Positions 1 through 9,568 of a stretch of 64,000 nucleotides of DNA are shown here, piece after piece (the stretch's first letter is position 1; every line of letters begins with the position of its first letter). Source of the DNA: Myxococcota bacterium (GTDB lineage: Bacteria > Myxococcota_A > SURF-8). A model generated the notes under the pieces. The model did not search any database, was not told where the DNA came from, and was given only the letters and a program-made list of their open reading frames with translations. The stretch covers positions 4,832,001 through 4,896,000 of the forward strand of contig OZ223209.1 in the NCBI GenBank assembly GCA_965140415.1. Direction: 5' to 3'. The translations under genes were made by a program, and so were the position numbers.

Positions 1-846
1 TCGGAAGATGACGACAACTCACCCGATGGCGATAGCGATACATCAATAACCGACGGCGACGGAGAAAGCAGTCTCGATGGAGACACCGAAGTAGATGGCG
101 ACAGCACAGTGACCGTTCACACCTGCGACGAAGCCTCGCCTTATGCCTTTACAACAGATACTGCCGTATTCGAAGGCTGGCAAGACGACTGCCGCAATTT
201 CGAGGCGGTTTACAACGACCCGGAATTGACGGAATATCACCAGCAGATGGGCTATACCTGCTCACCGGTGCGGCTGAAACTGGAAGGCATCGGCGAAACG
301 GTCTTTTGCGAAGTGGCCCGCGACGGCGCAACCGCCAGCGAAAGTTATTCCTGGCTCGGCCCGGGTTATGGCTGCGCCTGGGGACCGTCGGGCGGCGACG
401 TGCGCACCGGCTGGCAGGCGGATGTGGGCGTCAACGATGCGGTTTGCCTCGGTGCCTGGACCGAACAGACGGCTCAAGTTCTGTTTGAACGCCATCAGCC
501 GGAAACGAATTGTGAAGACATCGACGATTTACAGACCTGCATCACGGCACATCATCCACCTTATCACTGCAAACCGGTTTTCTCCTGGCCGATCGAATGG
601 GATCAGGAAGAGTGCAACGTGCGCGGCTCAGAAGATCGCGTGGGAGCAGAACTGGACGAAGCGGAATTTCTGGCTTGCCGCACGGTCAAAGAAAACCACG
701 ACAATTCAGATAATCACAGCGGAGAATCCTTCTTGGGGACGATTAAAAACGATCAGAGCGGCGTTTGTGTCGGAATTTCGGAATTTACCGGTTCCATTCC
801 GGAAGGGTGGACAATCGTAAATTGCGATGACTGCACCACCCGCTAG
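1..846 (+). CDS. 5'-truncated secreted/lipoprotein-type protein with Asp-Gly-Asp-rich linker and Cys-rich domain
   Basis: Frame is open from base 1 (SEDDDNSPDGDSDTSITDGDGESSLDGDTEVDGDS...) into ORF 109..846. Same acidic DGD linker as other lipoproteins in the window. Confidence 0.75.
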   Translation, partial: SEDDDNSPDGDSDTSITDGDGESSLDGDTEVDGDSTVTVHTCDEASPYAFTTDTAVFEGWQDDCRNFEAVYNDPELTEYHQQMGYTCSPVRLKLEGIGETVFCEVARDGATASESYSWLGPGYGCAWGPSGGDVRTGWQADVGVNDAVCLGAWTEQTAQVLFERHQPETNCEDIDDLQTCITAHHPPYHCKPVFSWPIEWDQEECNVRGSEDRVGAELDEAEFLACRTVKENHDNSDNHSGESFLGTIKNDQSGVCVGISEFTGSIPEGWTIVNCDDCTTR

Positions 847-858
847 CAAGGGGAGAAA

Positions 859-1464
859 TTATTCGATCATGCCCAGATTGCGTAGCATGCTTTCATTGGG
901 CTCCAGATCGGGGAAAAGACCCGTCAAACTCTCGATGAGTTGCTTCAAGTCGAACGGTTTGGCCAGCACCGCATCCGCACCCAGGCGACGCATCTCCTCG
1001 ATCGCTTCCGGATAACCGGAAATCGCAAGAATTTTAACATTCTGGGTCGTCTCACCGCGTCGAATCGAAGCCAATACTTCCTTACCGTCGATGCGCGGCA
1101 TAAAGACATCAAGAATCACCAGGTCCGGAGCATGTGACCCGAGTTTCAAAATCGCATCGTAGCCGTTATTTTCCGTTTCAATTTCGATGCCTTCGAAGAG
1201 TTTATCCAAGGCGCGGCGTGTAAAGTCCAACACCGTGGGATCATCATCGACAATCATGACATCCAGTGCCGAAGAAATGATGCTACTATCGAGTTGGTGT
1301 TTTTCCATAAACGCCAGCAGATCTTCATACGTGACCTTCCAACCGCCCGTGATCGGGTGCTGAATGGCAGGAATGACACCCGTCTTAAAATAATGAGTTA
1401 CGGTTCGGCGTGGAATATCAAGCAGTTTTGAAATTTCGGTTCCGGAATAGGTGACCTTCTTCAT
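859..1464 (-). CDS. Response regulator with N-terminal excisionase/MerR-like HTH and receiver domain
   Basis: N-terminal YSGTEISKLLDIPRRTV HTH. REC motifs IVDDD, LVILDVFMP, ISG and LAKPF. Confidence 0.85.
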   Translation of the reverse strand: MKKVTYSGTEISKLLDIPRRTVTHYFKTGVIPAIQHPITGGWKVTYEDLLAFMEKHQLDSSIISSALDVMIVDDDPTVLDFTRRALDKLFEGIEIETENNGYDAILKLGSHAPDLVILDVFMPRIDGKEVLASIRRGETTQNVKILAISGYPEAIEEMRRLGADAVLAKPFDLKQLIESLTGLFPDLEPNESMLRNLGMIE

Positions 1465-1752
1465 TCTAATACTCTCCTATCCAACAACAACAAATCGCGG
1501 CACCGTGGCAAACCGGCGCTTATCAGTGAGCGCAGTATATCAGAAACATTTGTTTGCTCCAACACTATTCTGCTTTTTTGCCGATATGCCGGAGTGATTT
1601 TTTTTCATTATTTCTGTTATTGCAACTTCAGGGAGAAAAGAAGAAACGAACAGAAAATGCTTACTATTTGTACAACCTCCACCACAATCTGGAGAATTTT
1701 ACCCTATGGCAAAGAATGGTCTGTAGTCACAGGTACATACAGGCAAAAACGG

Positions 1753-4140
1753 TCAACTTCGATTGATAGCCTGCTCCAGGCGATGCTGCGTTTCTTCCGT
1801 GCCCAGCAGGGAAAGAAATCCCTCTCGCTCCAGTTCCAGCAAGGGTTCCTGTCCAATACGATCAGCAGAACTGACCTCACCGCCAGTAACCACTTTTGCC
1901 AAGTTCAACCCGACTTGCACATCATGTTCGTTGATCCGGCCCTTCCAATGCATCTCTTTCAACTGCTGCGAAATCACAATCGCCCCACCCGGTCCGGGTA
2001 GATTCATCGGATAGACGGGCGGTGGCCGATAACCACTGGAAATCAATTCCAGAACCAATTGCTTACTGTCGGCAAGTACCCGGTCCAATCCCATTGAGAT
2101 ATTATCGCCTCTGCGTAAAAATCCCATACGGCGTGCTTCGAAAGCTCCTTTGGCCCTCTGCGCGTGGAAGATGTGATCGAAGGCATATTGCGCCAACGGA
2201 TGCGGACCGTTGATCTGTACCCGCTCCAAGGCGCGATACAGCATTTCCTTGCAACCACCGCCGACGGGAATCAGGCCGAGTTGAGTTTCCGTCAAACCCA
2301 GGGTGGTATCGGCATGGGCTTGCACGCGACCGCAATGCATTGCCAGTTCAAGCCCGCCACTGCGCACGTTTCCGGAAATGGCAGCCACCACAGGAAATGG
2401 ACTGGAGCGGATCGTACTATTGAATTTCTGGCGAAATACCAATGATTTCTCGATAGTTTCCCAATTCTGTGCTTTCGCTTCGCCTAACAGCCAGCGCAAC
2501 TCCAGCCTAGACGGAAATTGGCCGCTGCTGGAACCGAGCACCAATCCCCGCAATCCGAGCGATATCACTTTTTCGTACATCCGCATCATGGCGGAAACGA
2601 ATTTGTCGCCGTAATAAGGCGGTTCACCATTCGGCAGGATTAGATCCAAACAGCCGACACCGTTTCCAAGGTCGTACAATAACGTGCCGTAATCCTCGGC
2701 GATGTCACCACTGCTGCTGCGAATTTCACTAAGCCGGATTTCCCCGGCGGGCATATGTACAGTAACCTGTTCCTTTTTCTCCAAGTAGACCTGTCTGCGC
2801 TGACCGCCTTTCATGGAGTAGAAACTCTGGTCTTTTTCCAGTATCTTCGTAACTTGTTCGGGAATCTCCAACCCATCTTTGGCCATACGCTCGGCGATTT
2901 GGGCCACCCCCAGCGCATCCCAGATTTCAAACGGTCCCAGATTCCAATTGTATCCCCAGCGCAATGCGCGATCGATCACGATTGGGTAATCGGAAATTTC
3001 ACCCAGAAGCGAAGCCGAATAAGCAAGCGTATCGCGCAGCAATTCCCAGGCGTAGCGTGCCCCCTCATCGTCACCTGCCATCAGCTTTCTCAAACGACGC
3101 CCCATGTCCTCGTCAGCCAGCGCCTTCGTAACAGAGGGGTAAAAGTCGGGTTTCTGTGGAACATATTCCATTGATCCATGCGCCAACGCCAACCTGCCGG
3201 GGCTGTCGTTGTCGGCGGGATGTTGGTAGAATCCGTGCCCCACCTTGTGGCCCAAATAGCGTTGTCGAAGCAAGTCGCGCAGTCTATCGGAGGGTTTGAA
3301 ATGATCGCGCCAGGCATCTTCAGGCAGCATGGCGTACATGCTCTCTAGAAACGCATTGAAGGAATCCACCCCCAAATAATCAATGGTACGATACGTTCCC
3401 GATGACGCTCGCGTAAGTGCCTGCCCGGTCAACAGATCACAGGTTACTACGGACATCCCACGCTCTTCCGCTTTTTGCATAGCGGTAGCCAGTCCGAACA
3501 AGCCGATGCGATTCGCAATAAATCCCGGCGTATCGCGAGCGATCAGCACACCTTTTCCCAAAGCATGCGCTCCGAAGTCCTGCATTTTATCCAGCAGATT
3601 ACCATCGGTTTGATGGCAGGGAACCAGTTCCAATAACCGAGTACGACGCACCGGATTAAAAAAGTGAGTAATCATAAAGCGGTTGGCAAAGGAATCGCTG
3701 CGCCCTTGCACCAACCGTTCGGCCTGAATTGTGGAAGTGATCGAACTGATCACGGCATCGGGGCGAATGTGCGGACCGACCTTGTCATAGGTGGCGCGTT
3801 TAACCTCCAACACTTCCGGCACCGCTTCCAGTACCCAGTCGCAATCTTCTATCAGATGGCGGTCGTCCACCAAATTTCCACAGGTCACCCGGCGGCGACT
3901 GTACGGATCGATGAAAGCACCGCGAGCGAACGCATCATCAACTGCCTGTTCGGCGGTGCGGTTGCGCCATTGAAGAGAATTCCGTGAAATACCGTTCTGA
4001 AGATCCTCATTTGAAGGCTCCGCCGGCGGCAGCATGTCAATCAATAGAATTTCGATTCCGGCACTGGCCAATAAGGCAGCCAGGCTTGATCCCATCCATC
4101 CCGCTCCGATGATTGCAGCTCGTTCGATGTCGAAACTCAT
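1753..4140 (-). CDS. 3-hydroxyacyl-CoA dehydrogenase / enoyl-CoA hydratase fusion (FadN-like)
   Basis: GAGWMGS NAD motif, EAVPE, HFFNP..LLELV, DTPGFIANRIG. C-terminal crotonase with GGLE and GLTE..GLIP motifs. Confidence 0.88.
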   Translation of the reverse strand: MSFDIERAAIIGAGWMGSSLAALLASAGIEILLIDMLPPAEPSNEDLQNGISRNSLQWRNRTAEQAVDDAFARGAFIDPYSRRRVTCGNLVDDRHLIEDCDWVLEAVPEVLEVKRATYDKVGPHIRPDAVISSITSTIQAERLVQGRSDSFANRFMITHFFNPVRRTRLLELVPCHQTDGNLLDKMQDFGAHALGKGVLIARDTPGFIANRIGLFGLATAMQKAEERGMSVVTCDLLTGQALTRASSGTYRTIDYLGVDSFNAFLESMYAMLPEDAWRDHFKPSDRLRDLLRQRYLGHKVGHGFYQHPADNDSPGRLALAHGSMEYVPQKPDFYPSVTKALADEDMGRRLRKLMAGDDEGARYAWELLRDTLAYSASLLGEISDYPIVIDRALRWGYNWNLGPFEIWDALGVAQIAERMAKDGLEIPEQVTKILEKDQSFYSMKGGQRRQVYLEKKEQVTVHMPAGEIRLSEIRSSSGDIAEDYGTLLYDLGNGVGCLDLILPNGEPPYYGDKFVSAMMRMYEKVISLGLRGLVLGSSSGQFPSRLELRWLLGEAKAQNWETIEKSLVFRQKFNSTIRSSPFPVVAAISGNVRSGGLELAMHCGRVQAHADTTLGLTETQLGLIPVGGGCKEMLYRALERVQINGPHPLAQYAFDHIFHAQRAKGAFEARRMGFLRRGDNISMGLDRVLADSKQLVLELISSGYRPPPVYPMNLPGPGGAIVISQQLKEMHWKGRINEHDVQVGLNLAKVVTGGEVSSADRIGQEPLLELEREGFLSLLGTEETQHRLEQAINRS

Positions 4141-4153
4141 GCGCCCTCCGTGG

Positions 4154-5317
4154 CTATGACTGGCGTTCGATCACAAGCGCTTCTCCCTGGCCACCGAATA
4201 CACCCATGGTCAGCAGACCGAACTGTTGCTGACGCTGCTGCAATGCATGGGTTAACGTCACCAGCATACGCGCGCCCTCCGCACCGGTCGAATATCCCAG
4301 CGCGATCGAGCCACCATGGGGATTGACGCGGGAAATGTCGTGAATGTCCAATTGTTTGATGCAGCTTATGGCGCTAGCCGCGTGGCGCTCGTTGATTTCG
4401 AACACATCGACCTGATCCAAGCTCAATTCGGCTCGTTCCAATGCCCGCTTAGAGGAAGTGACAGCGGCCTGCACCGGCAGTTCCGGTGCACATCCGGCCA
4501 AAGCATAGCCGCGTATGCGAGCCAGCGGCGACACGCCCATCTTTTCGGCGGCCTCTTCGGACATCAACACAACCACAGCAGCGGCATCGCTGTCTACAGC
4601 GGAATTTCCGGTTGTGACCGTACCACCGGCCATGCAATATGGCGGCAGCTTGCCTAAATCGAACTCCTGGACTTCCTGCGGGTTTTCGTCTCGCAGCACG
4701 ATGCGATCCGCCCCTTTGCCTTGCTCCAGTTGAATCGGAACGACTTCCGTGGAGAAAAGCCCCTCCGACCAGGCTTTCAATGCCTTATTGTGCGATAAAG
4801 CCGCAAAACCATCTTGTTCTTTCCGGCTGATACCGTATTTATTGGCCGTGTTTTCCGCGCTGACACCCATCGGTGTCAATGCCTCGGGATAAACACTCAA
4901 CAAGTGAGGCGACAAGCTGGGATTAAAGCCCCCATTTGGCAACCGCGTCATGGATTCCACTCCGCCAGCCACAAAAATATCACCGAAACCGGCCTGAATG
5001 GAAGCCGCAGCATGCATCACCGCACTGAGTGAAGAAGCCCCATGGCGGCTGATGGTCGCAGCAGGAACCTGCACCGGGATTCCCGCCATAAGGGAAGAGC
5101 TTCGGGCAATATTCAACCCTTGTTCGCCTTCCGGAGTGCCACAGCCGATTAGCACGTCTTCGATGGTCTGCCAGTCGATTTGCGGCGTTCTGGCCAAGGC
5201 TTCCTTCAAGATGGAACTGAGAAGCATATCGGGACGATGGCCCGCGAATCGGCCTGTACCGGCTTTGCAGATCGGCGAACGCGTCGCCGAAACAATCACC
5301 ACATTTTTCATGGACAT
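4154..5317 (-). CDS. Thiolase-fold protein lacking catalytic residues (pseudo-thiolase)
   Basis: Thiolase scaffold (GGVESM, VTTGNS, EINE, GGSIALG, GGQG). Catalytic Cys/His/Cys positions read G93, Y342 and G372. Confidence 0.85.
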   Translation of the reverse strand: MSMKNVVIVSATRSPICKAGTGRFAGHRPDMLLSSILKEALARTPQIDWQTIEDVLIGCGTPEGEQGLNIARSSSLMAGIPVQVPAATISRHGASSLSAVMHAAASIQAGFGDIFVAGGVESMTRLPNGGFNPSLSPHLLSVYPEALTPMGVSAENTANKYGISRKEQDGFAALSHNKALKAWSEGLFSTEVVPIQLEQGKGADRIVLRDENPQEVQEFDLGKLPPYCMAGGTVTTGNSAVDSDAAAVVVLMSEEAAEKMGVSPLARIRGYALAGCAPELPVQAAVTSSKRALERAELSLDQVDVFEINERHAASAISCIKQLDIHDISRVNPHGGSIALGYSTGAEGARMLVTLTHALQQRQQQFGLLTMGVFGGQGEALVIERQS

Positions 5318-5538
5318 TTTCCCTGCTGCTTAGATACTCCATTGGTCTGATCGTTGCAATTACCCTTTTGTTTATTACCAGATGCGCAGCCCGGACACAA
5401 GGGAAAGCTGAGTTGTTCTGTCGTCTGTAACAGAAAATCCCAGGTCGCTCCCGACGATGAAAGCGCTTTACACGGCTTTGGCTTTCCGCTACAACCGAGG
5501 CAGAGCACGAACCCTGTAGTCTAAGCATCGAGGACAGG

Positions 5539-6897
5539 ATGACCGATCTGTTTGAACATTCATTGAATGAATCGACCGAAGATGGCCCATTGGCGGCACG
5601 TATGCGCCCTCGCTCGCTGGCGGATTTCGTCGGCCAGGAACATATCGTTGGCGAAGGGAAATTCCTGCGTACAATGATCGCCCGCGATCAAATCCCCTCC
5701 CTGCTGTTCTGGGGACCGCCCGGATCGGGGAAAACCACTTTAGCCAGCGTAATCGCCAAAACCACGCGCTCGGATTTCCGTTTCTTTTCCGCGGTGTTAG
5801 GATCGATAAAGGAAGTCCGTGCTCTCATTGCCGAAGCACGGGAACGGAAAAAGTTCTTCAAGCGCCGCACGATTCTGTTCGTCGACGAGATCCATCGCTT
5901 CAATAAAGCCCAGCAGGACGCATTCCTGCCGCACGTCGAGCGGGGTACCATCACGTTGATCGGGGCAACCACCGAAAACCCCAGTTTCGAGGTAAACGCC
6001 GCGCTGCTGTCACGGATGAAAGTGCTGACGCTCAAGGCATTGAGTGCAGAACAGGTGGGCATCCTGGTGGAACGAGCACTTGCCGATGAAGCGCGCGGAT
6101 TGGGGAAGCTGGGTTTGCACCTGACCGATGAAGCCCGTCAATTGCTGACCCAAGCGGCGGAAGGCGATGCCAGACGGGCATTGACCACGCTGGAATCGGC
6201 GGCGGAATTAGCTCAGGCCAAGGGACATGACCTCATCGACGAGGAAATCGTGCGCGAAGCGCATCAGCGGCGTATGCTCAATTACGACAAATCGGGCGAA
6301 GAGCATTACAACATCGTTTCCGCGTTCATCAAAAGCCTGCGCGGCTCAGACCCGGATGCAGCCGTATATTGGATGACCCGAATGCTGGAGGCGGGGGAAG
6401 ACCCACTGTTTATCCTGCGTCGGATGGTCATTTTCGCCTCGGAAGATATCGGCTCTGCCGATCCGCTGGCGCTGCAAACGGCCATAGCAGCAACGGATTC
6501 CTTCCGCTTTATCGGCATGCCGGAGGGCGTACTGCCGATGAGCCAAGCCGCCACCTATCTGGCCTGCGCTCCGAAATCCAATAGCGCCTTGAAAGCCTAT
6601 ACCCGTGCGTTGAGCGACGTAAAACAGCATGGTGCCCTACCCACCCCCTTGCACATTCGCAACGCCCCAACCAAATTGATGAAATCACTGGGGTACGGCA
6701 AGGCCTACAAATATCCTCACAATTACGAAGGCCATTACGTACCGGAAAACTACCTGCCCGACGAATTGAAAGGGCGGCGCTATTACGAACCTTCCGAGCA
6801 AGGGATTGAAGCAACCATTAAACAGCGGCTGGATTCCTTGCGCGATGTAGAGGTTGCCTCCCCTTCCGAAGACGATTGGAAACCCGACCACGAATGA
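5539..6897 (+). CDS. rarA: Replication-associated recombination protein A (AAA+)
   Basis: PLAARMRP, WGPPGSGKTT, FVDEIHRFNKAQQD, GATTENPSF, SAFIKSLRGSDPDAA. Confidence 0.95.
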   Translation: MTDLFEHSLNESTEDGPLAARMRPRSLADFVGQEHIVGEGKFLRTMIARDQIPSLLFWGPPGSGKTTLASVIAKTTRSDFRFFSAVLGSIKEVRALIAEARERKKFFKRRTILFVDEIHRFNKAQQDAFLPHVERGTITLIGATTENPSFEVNAALLSRMKVLTLKALSAEQVGILVERALADEARGLGKLGLHLTDEARQLLTQAAEGDARRALTTLESAAELAQAKGHDLIDEEIVREAHQRRMLNYDKSGEEHYNIVSAFIKSLRGSDPDAAVYWMTRMLEAGEDPLFILRRMVIFASEDIGSADPLALQTAIAATDSFRFIGMPEGVLPMSQAATYLACAPKSNSALKAYTRALSDVKQHGALPTPLHIRNAPTKLMKSLGYGKAYKYPHNYEGHYVPENYLPDELKGRRYYEPSEQGIEATIKQRLDSLRDVEVASPSEDDWKPDHE

Positions 6898-7014
6898 TTC
6901 CATCTGCTTTTTTGTGGTGTTGGCACCTGTGATCGGATACTATGTTTGTAAGGGAGTCGGGATCCGTGCACATGCGGGAGTGGAAGCAATTCCCCTTTTT
7001 CAGGAGAAAACATA

Positions 7015-7377
7015 ATGGCGCTGTTCAAGAAGAGCGTACCCAAAAAGCTGCCTAAATCCAATCTGTTAAAAGCCTATCAGATGCTGCTTGCCACTACGGT
7101 CGAGGTGCAGGAAATCCTATCGCAAGTGCGTAACGACATCCAACTGACCGACATTACGGAAACACGTCGCCTGCTACTGCAACTGGCGAGTAAAATCACT
7201 TTGGTTTTAAAACTGGAGAAGGAACCGGACAAAGCCTGGCCGGTGTTAAACGAATGTCCCGATATCATTAAGAAACTCAAGAAAAAAATGGCTTTGCTGC
7301 TGTCCGTCCCCTCAATCGACCAGCGCCGTATGCAGAATATGATCAACAAAATCAATAAAATCAGTGAGTTGGTCTAA
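7015..7377 (+). CDS. Hypothetical helical protein
   Basis: 120-aa ORF with AGGAGA RBS, filling the intergenic gap. Confidence 0.65.
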   Translation: MALFKKSVPKKLPKSNLLKAYQMLLATTVEVQEILSQVRNDIQLTDITETRRLLLQLASKITLVLKLEKEPDKAWPVLNECPDIIKKLKKKMALLLSVPSIDQRRMQNMINKINKISELV

Positions 7378-7547
7378 TCCATCACGGATCATGAAGATTG
7401 GTAGTGGTTCTTGCGGGAATTATTGAAAGGTCAACCCGTTCTCCTAAACCACCCTCCCTTGATTTTCCCAGGCTTTCCCACCGCTTTGTATTTGGATAGC
7501 TTGCCGAATTTGTGGTATCCTCGCGACGTAATTTTGGAGGAAAGATC

Positions 7548-8315
7548 ATGCTGCTGGTCATTGATGTAGGCAATACCAATATCGTATTGGGCCTTTTTGA
7601 AGGGAACCGCCTGTTGCACAACTGGCGGATCGCCACCAAGAAAAATAAAACTGACGACGAATTCGGCATCCAGATTCGCCAGTTATTCCAGGCCGTTGGT
7701 CTTACGGAACCACAATTGGACAGCATTGCCATGGCCAGTGTCGTTCCACCGGTCAATGCCGTACTGGAAGCAGCGCTGAAAAAGTACTTTCATTTACAGC
7801 CGTTGGTCGTCGGTCCCGGCATCAAAACCGGGATGCCGATTCTCTACGACAACCCCAGGGAAGTCGGCGCGGATCGCATCGTCAACAGCGTCGGTGCCTA
7901 TGAAAAATGGCAACAAGGCTTGATCGTTGTGGACTTCGGCACCGCCACCACCTTCGACTGCGTCTCCCCGGAAGGGGAATACATGGGCGGCTGCATCTGT
8001 CCGGGCATCGGCATCAGCGCCGAGGCGCTTTTCATCCGGGCTTCCAAACTGCCGCGCGTGGAATTCTCCCCGCCGCCACACACGTTGGGGAAAAACACGG
8101 TGGATTCCATCCGCTCCGGACTGGTGTATGGTTATGTGGGTCTGGTTGACGGCATGGTGAAACGCCTGGTTTCGGAAATGGACTTCTCCCCCAAAGTGAT
8201 CGCCACCGGCGGCGAAGCAACAGTCATCGCCAAACATAGTGAAACAATCGAGGAAGTGGATCATACTCTGACCCTGCATGGATTGAGGATTATCGATGGA
8301 CTCAACCGAAAATAA
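7548..8315 (+). CDS. coaX: Type III pantothenate kinase
   Basis: IDVGNTN, EVGADR, VVDFGTATT, ATGG. GGAGG RBS before ATG 7548. Confidence 0.95.
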   Translation: MLLVIDVGNTNIVLGLFEGNRLLHNWRIATKKNKTDDEFGIQIRQLFQAVGLTEPQLDSIAMASVVPPVNAVLEAALKKYFHLQPLVVGPGIKTGMPILYDNPREVGADRIVNSVGAYEKWQQGLIVVDFGTATTFDCVSPEGEYMGGCICPGIGISAEALFIRASKLPRVEFSPPPHTLGKNTVDSIRSGLVYGYVGLVDGMVKRLVSEMDFSPKVIATGGEATVIAKHSETIEEVDHTLTLHGLRIIDGLNRK

Positions 8316-9555
8316 GCAACCGGACACCGAAAGCACTCCCGTCGACGGTGAAAGCTATCTTGCTGAACTGGGTGGCGTAGAAATTATCTACCAGCCCTTG
8401 CCGGATTCGGAAATTCCGCAGGATATCCAAAAAAACCTGGCTCCTGCGGCGGACGATGGTCGGCGCATGGTGCTGGCGCGCAACTTGACCCCCTTGCCGC
8501 CGCGTCAGATGGGTCTGACGCTCTACTGCCTGATGAACGACCCAAATCCGGCAGTGCGCAATGCCGCCGAAGACAGCTTCGACGATCTGCCGCCGAACCT
8601 GATCCGAACCTTGGCGGCTCAGGATCTGCCCGCCAATATGCTGGATTATCTGGCACGGAATTTCCACTCGGAAAACGATGACGATCAAATATTGGAAACC
8701 ATCGTTTTAAACCGCGCCACCGGTGTTGATACCCTGCTGCTTTTGGTTCGCGTTTCTTCGCCGAGAATCCTGGATCTGATCGGAAACAACCAGGTCCGCC
8801 TGCAACAATCCCCGCAACTGATTTCGGAATTTCCGAAGAATCCGCGTGTGACCATCGCACAGCTCTCCCGCGTACTGGAATTCGGGCGGCGTCAGAACCT
8901 GATCACCATCGATCAGGAAAATTTGCTGATCGATCAATTCCTGGGCAAACGGGAACCGGAAAAAGAACCGATCAAGGTTGAAGAAGTCGTCAAGGAAGTG
9001 GTAACCGAATCCGGTGAAGTGGATTGGGAATTCCCCTCTTTTCTGACGGCGGACTTCGAAGCGGATATGGAACTGGATGCAGAAGCCAGCGCCATCGAAG
9101 AAAAGATTTCCTCCAAAGTGAATCTGCGCGATCTGGTGCGCACGATGAGCGTGCCCCAGAAAATGCGTCTGGCCGTACGCGGCAACATGGAAGCCCGCAA
9201 AATTCTGATCGAAGATTCGCTTTCGCTGGTGGCCAAGCAGGTTCTCAGCAGTCCGCGCATCACGAAAACGGAAATCGAACGTGCAGCGGAGTCGCGCACG
9301 GTGGATGCGGAAGTGCTCGAATTGATCGCAAAAGACGCCTCGGCCACGCGCAACTACGCCGTGCGACACGCCTTGGTCACCAATCCAAAAACGCCGTTAC
9401 CCATCGCCAACAAAATGATGAACACGCTGATGGAGCGCGACATCAAAATCATTTCAAAAAGCCGCGCGGTGCCGCAGGCGATTCAAAGTATCGCCCGCCA
9501 GAAAATCGACGCCCAGGAACAGCGCCGCAAAAAGCGCATGAAGAAGAAAAAATAG
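8296..9555 (+). CDS. Conserved hypothetical helical-repeat protein
   Basis: Long ORF with strong codon bias between coaX and the Lon-like gene. Motifs QKMRLA.RGN.EAR..L and ALVTNPKTP. Confidence 0.75.
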   Translation: MDSTENKQPDTESTPVDGESYLAELGGVEIIYQPLPDSEIPQDIQKNLAPAADDGRRMVLARNLTPLPPRQMGLTLYCLMNDPNPAVRNAAEDSFDDLPPNLIRTLAAQDLPANMLDYLARNFHSENDDDQILETIVLNRATGVDTLLLLVRVSSPRILDLIGNNQVRLQQSPQLISEFPKNPRVTIAQLSRVLEFGRRQNLITIDQENLLIDQFLGKREPEKEPIKVEEVVKEVVTESGEVDWEFPSFLTADFEADMELDAEASAIEEKISSKVNLRDLVRTMSVPQKMRLAVRGNMEARKILIEDSLSLVAKQVLSSPRITKTEIERAAESRTVDAEVLELIAKDASATRNYAVRHALVTNPKTPLPIANKMMNTLMERDIKIISKSRAVPQAIQSIARQKIDAQEQRRKKRMKKKK

Positions 9556-9568
9556 AAAGCGAAACCGG

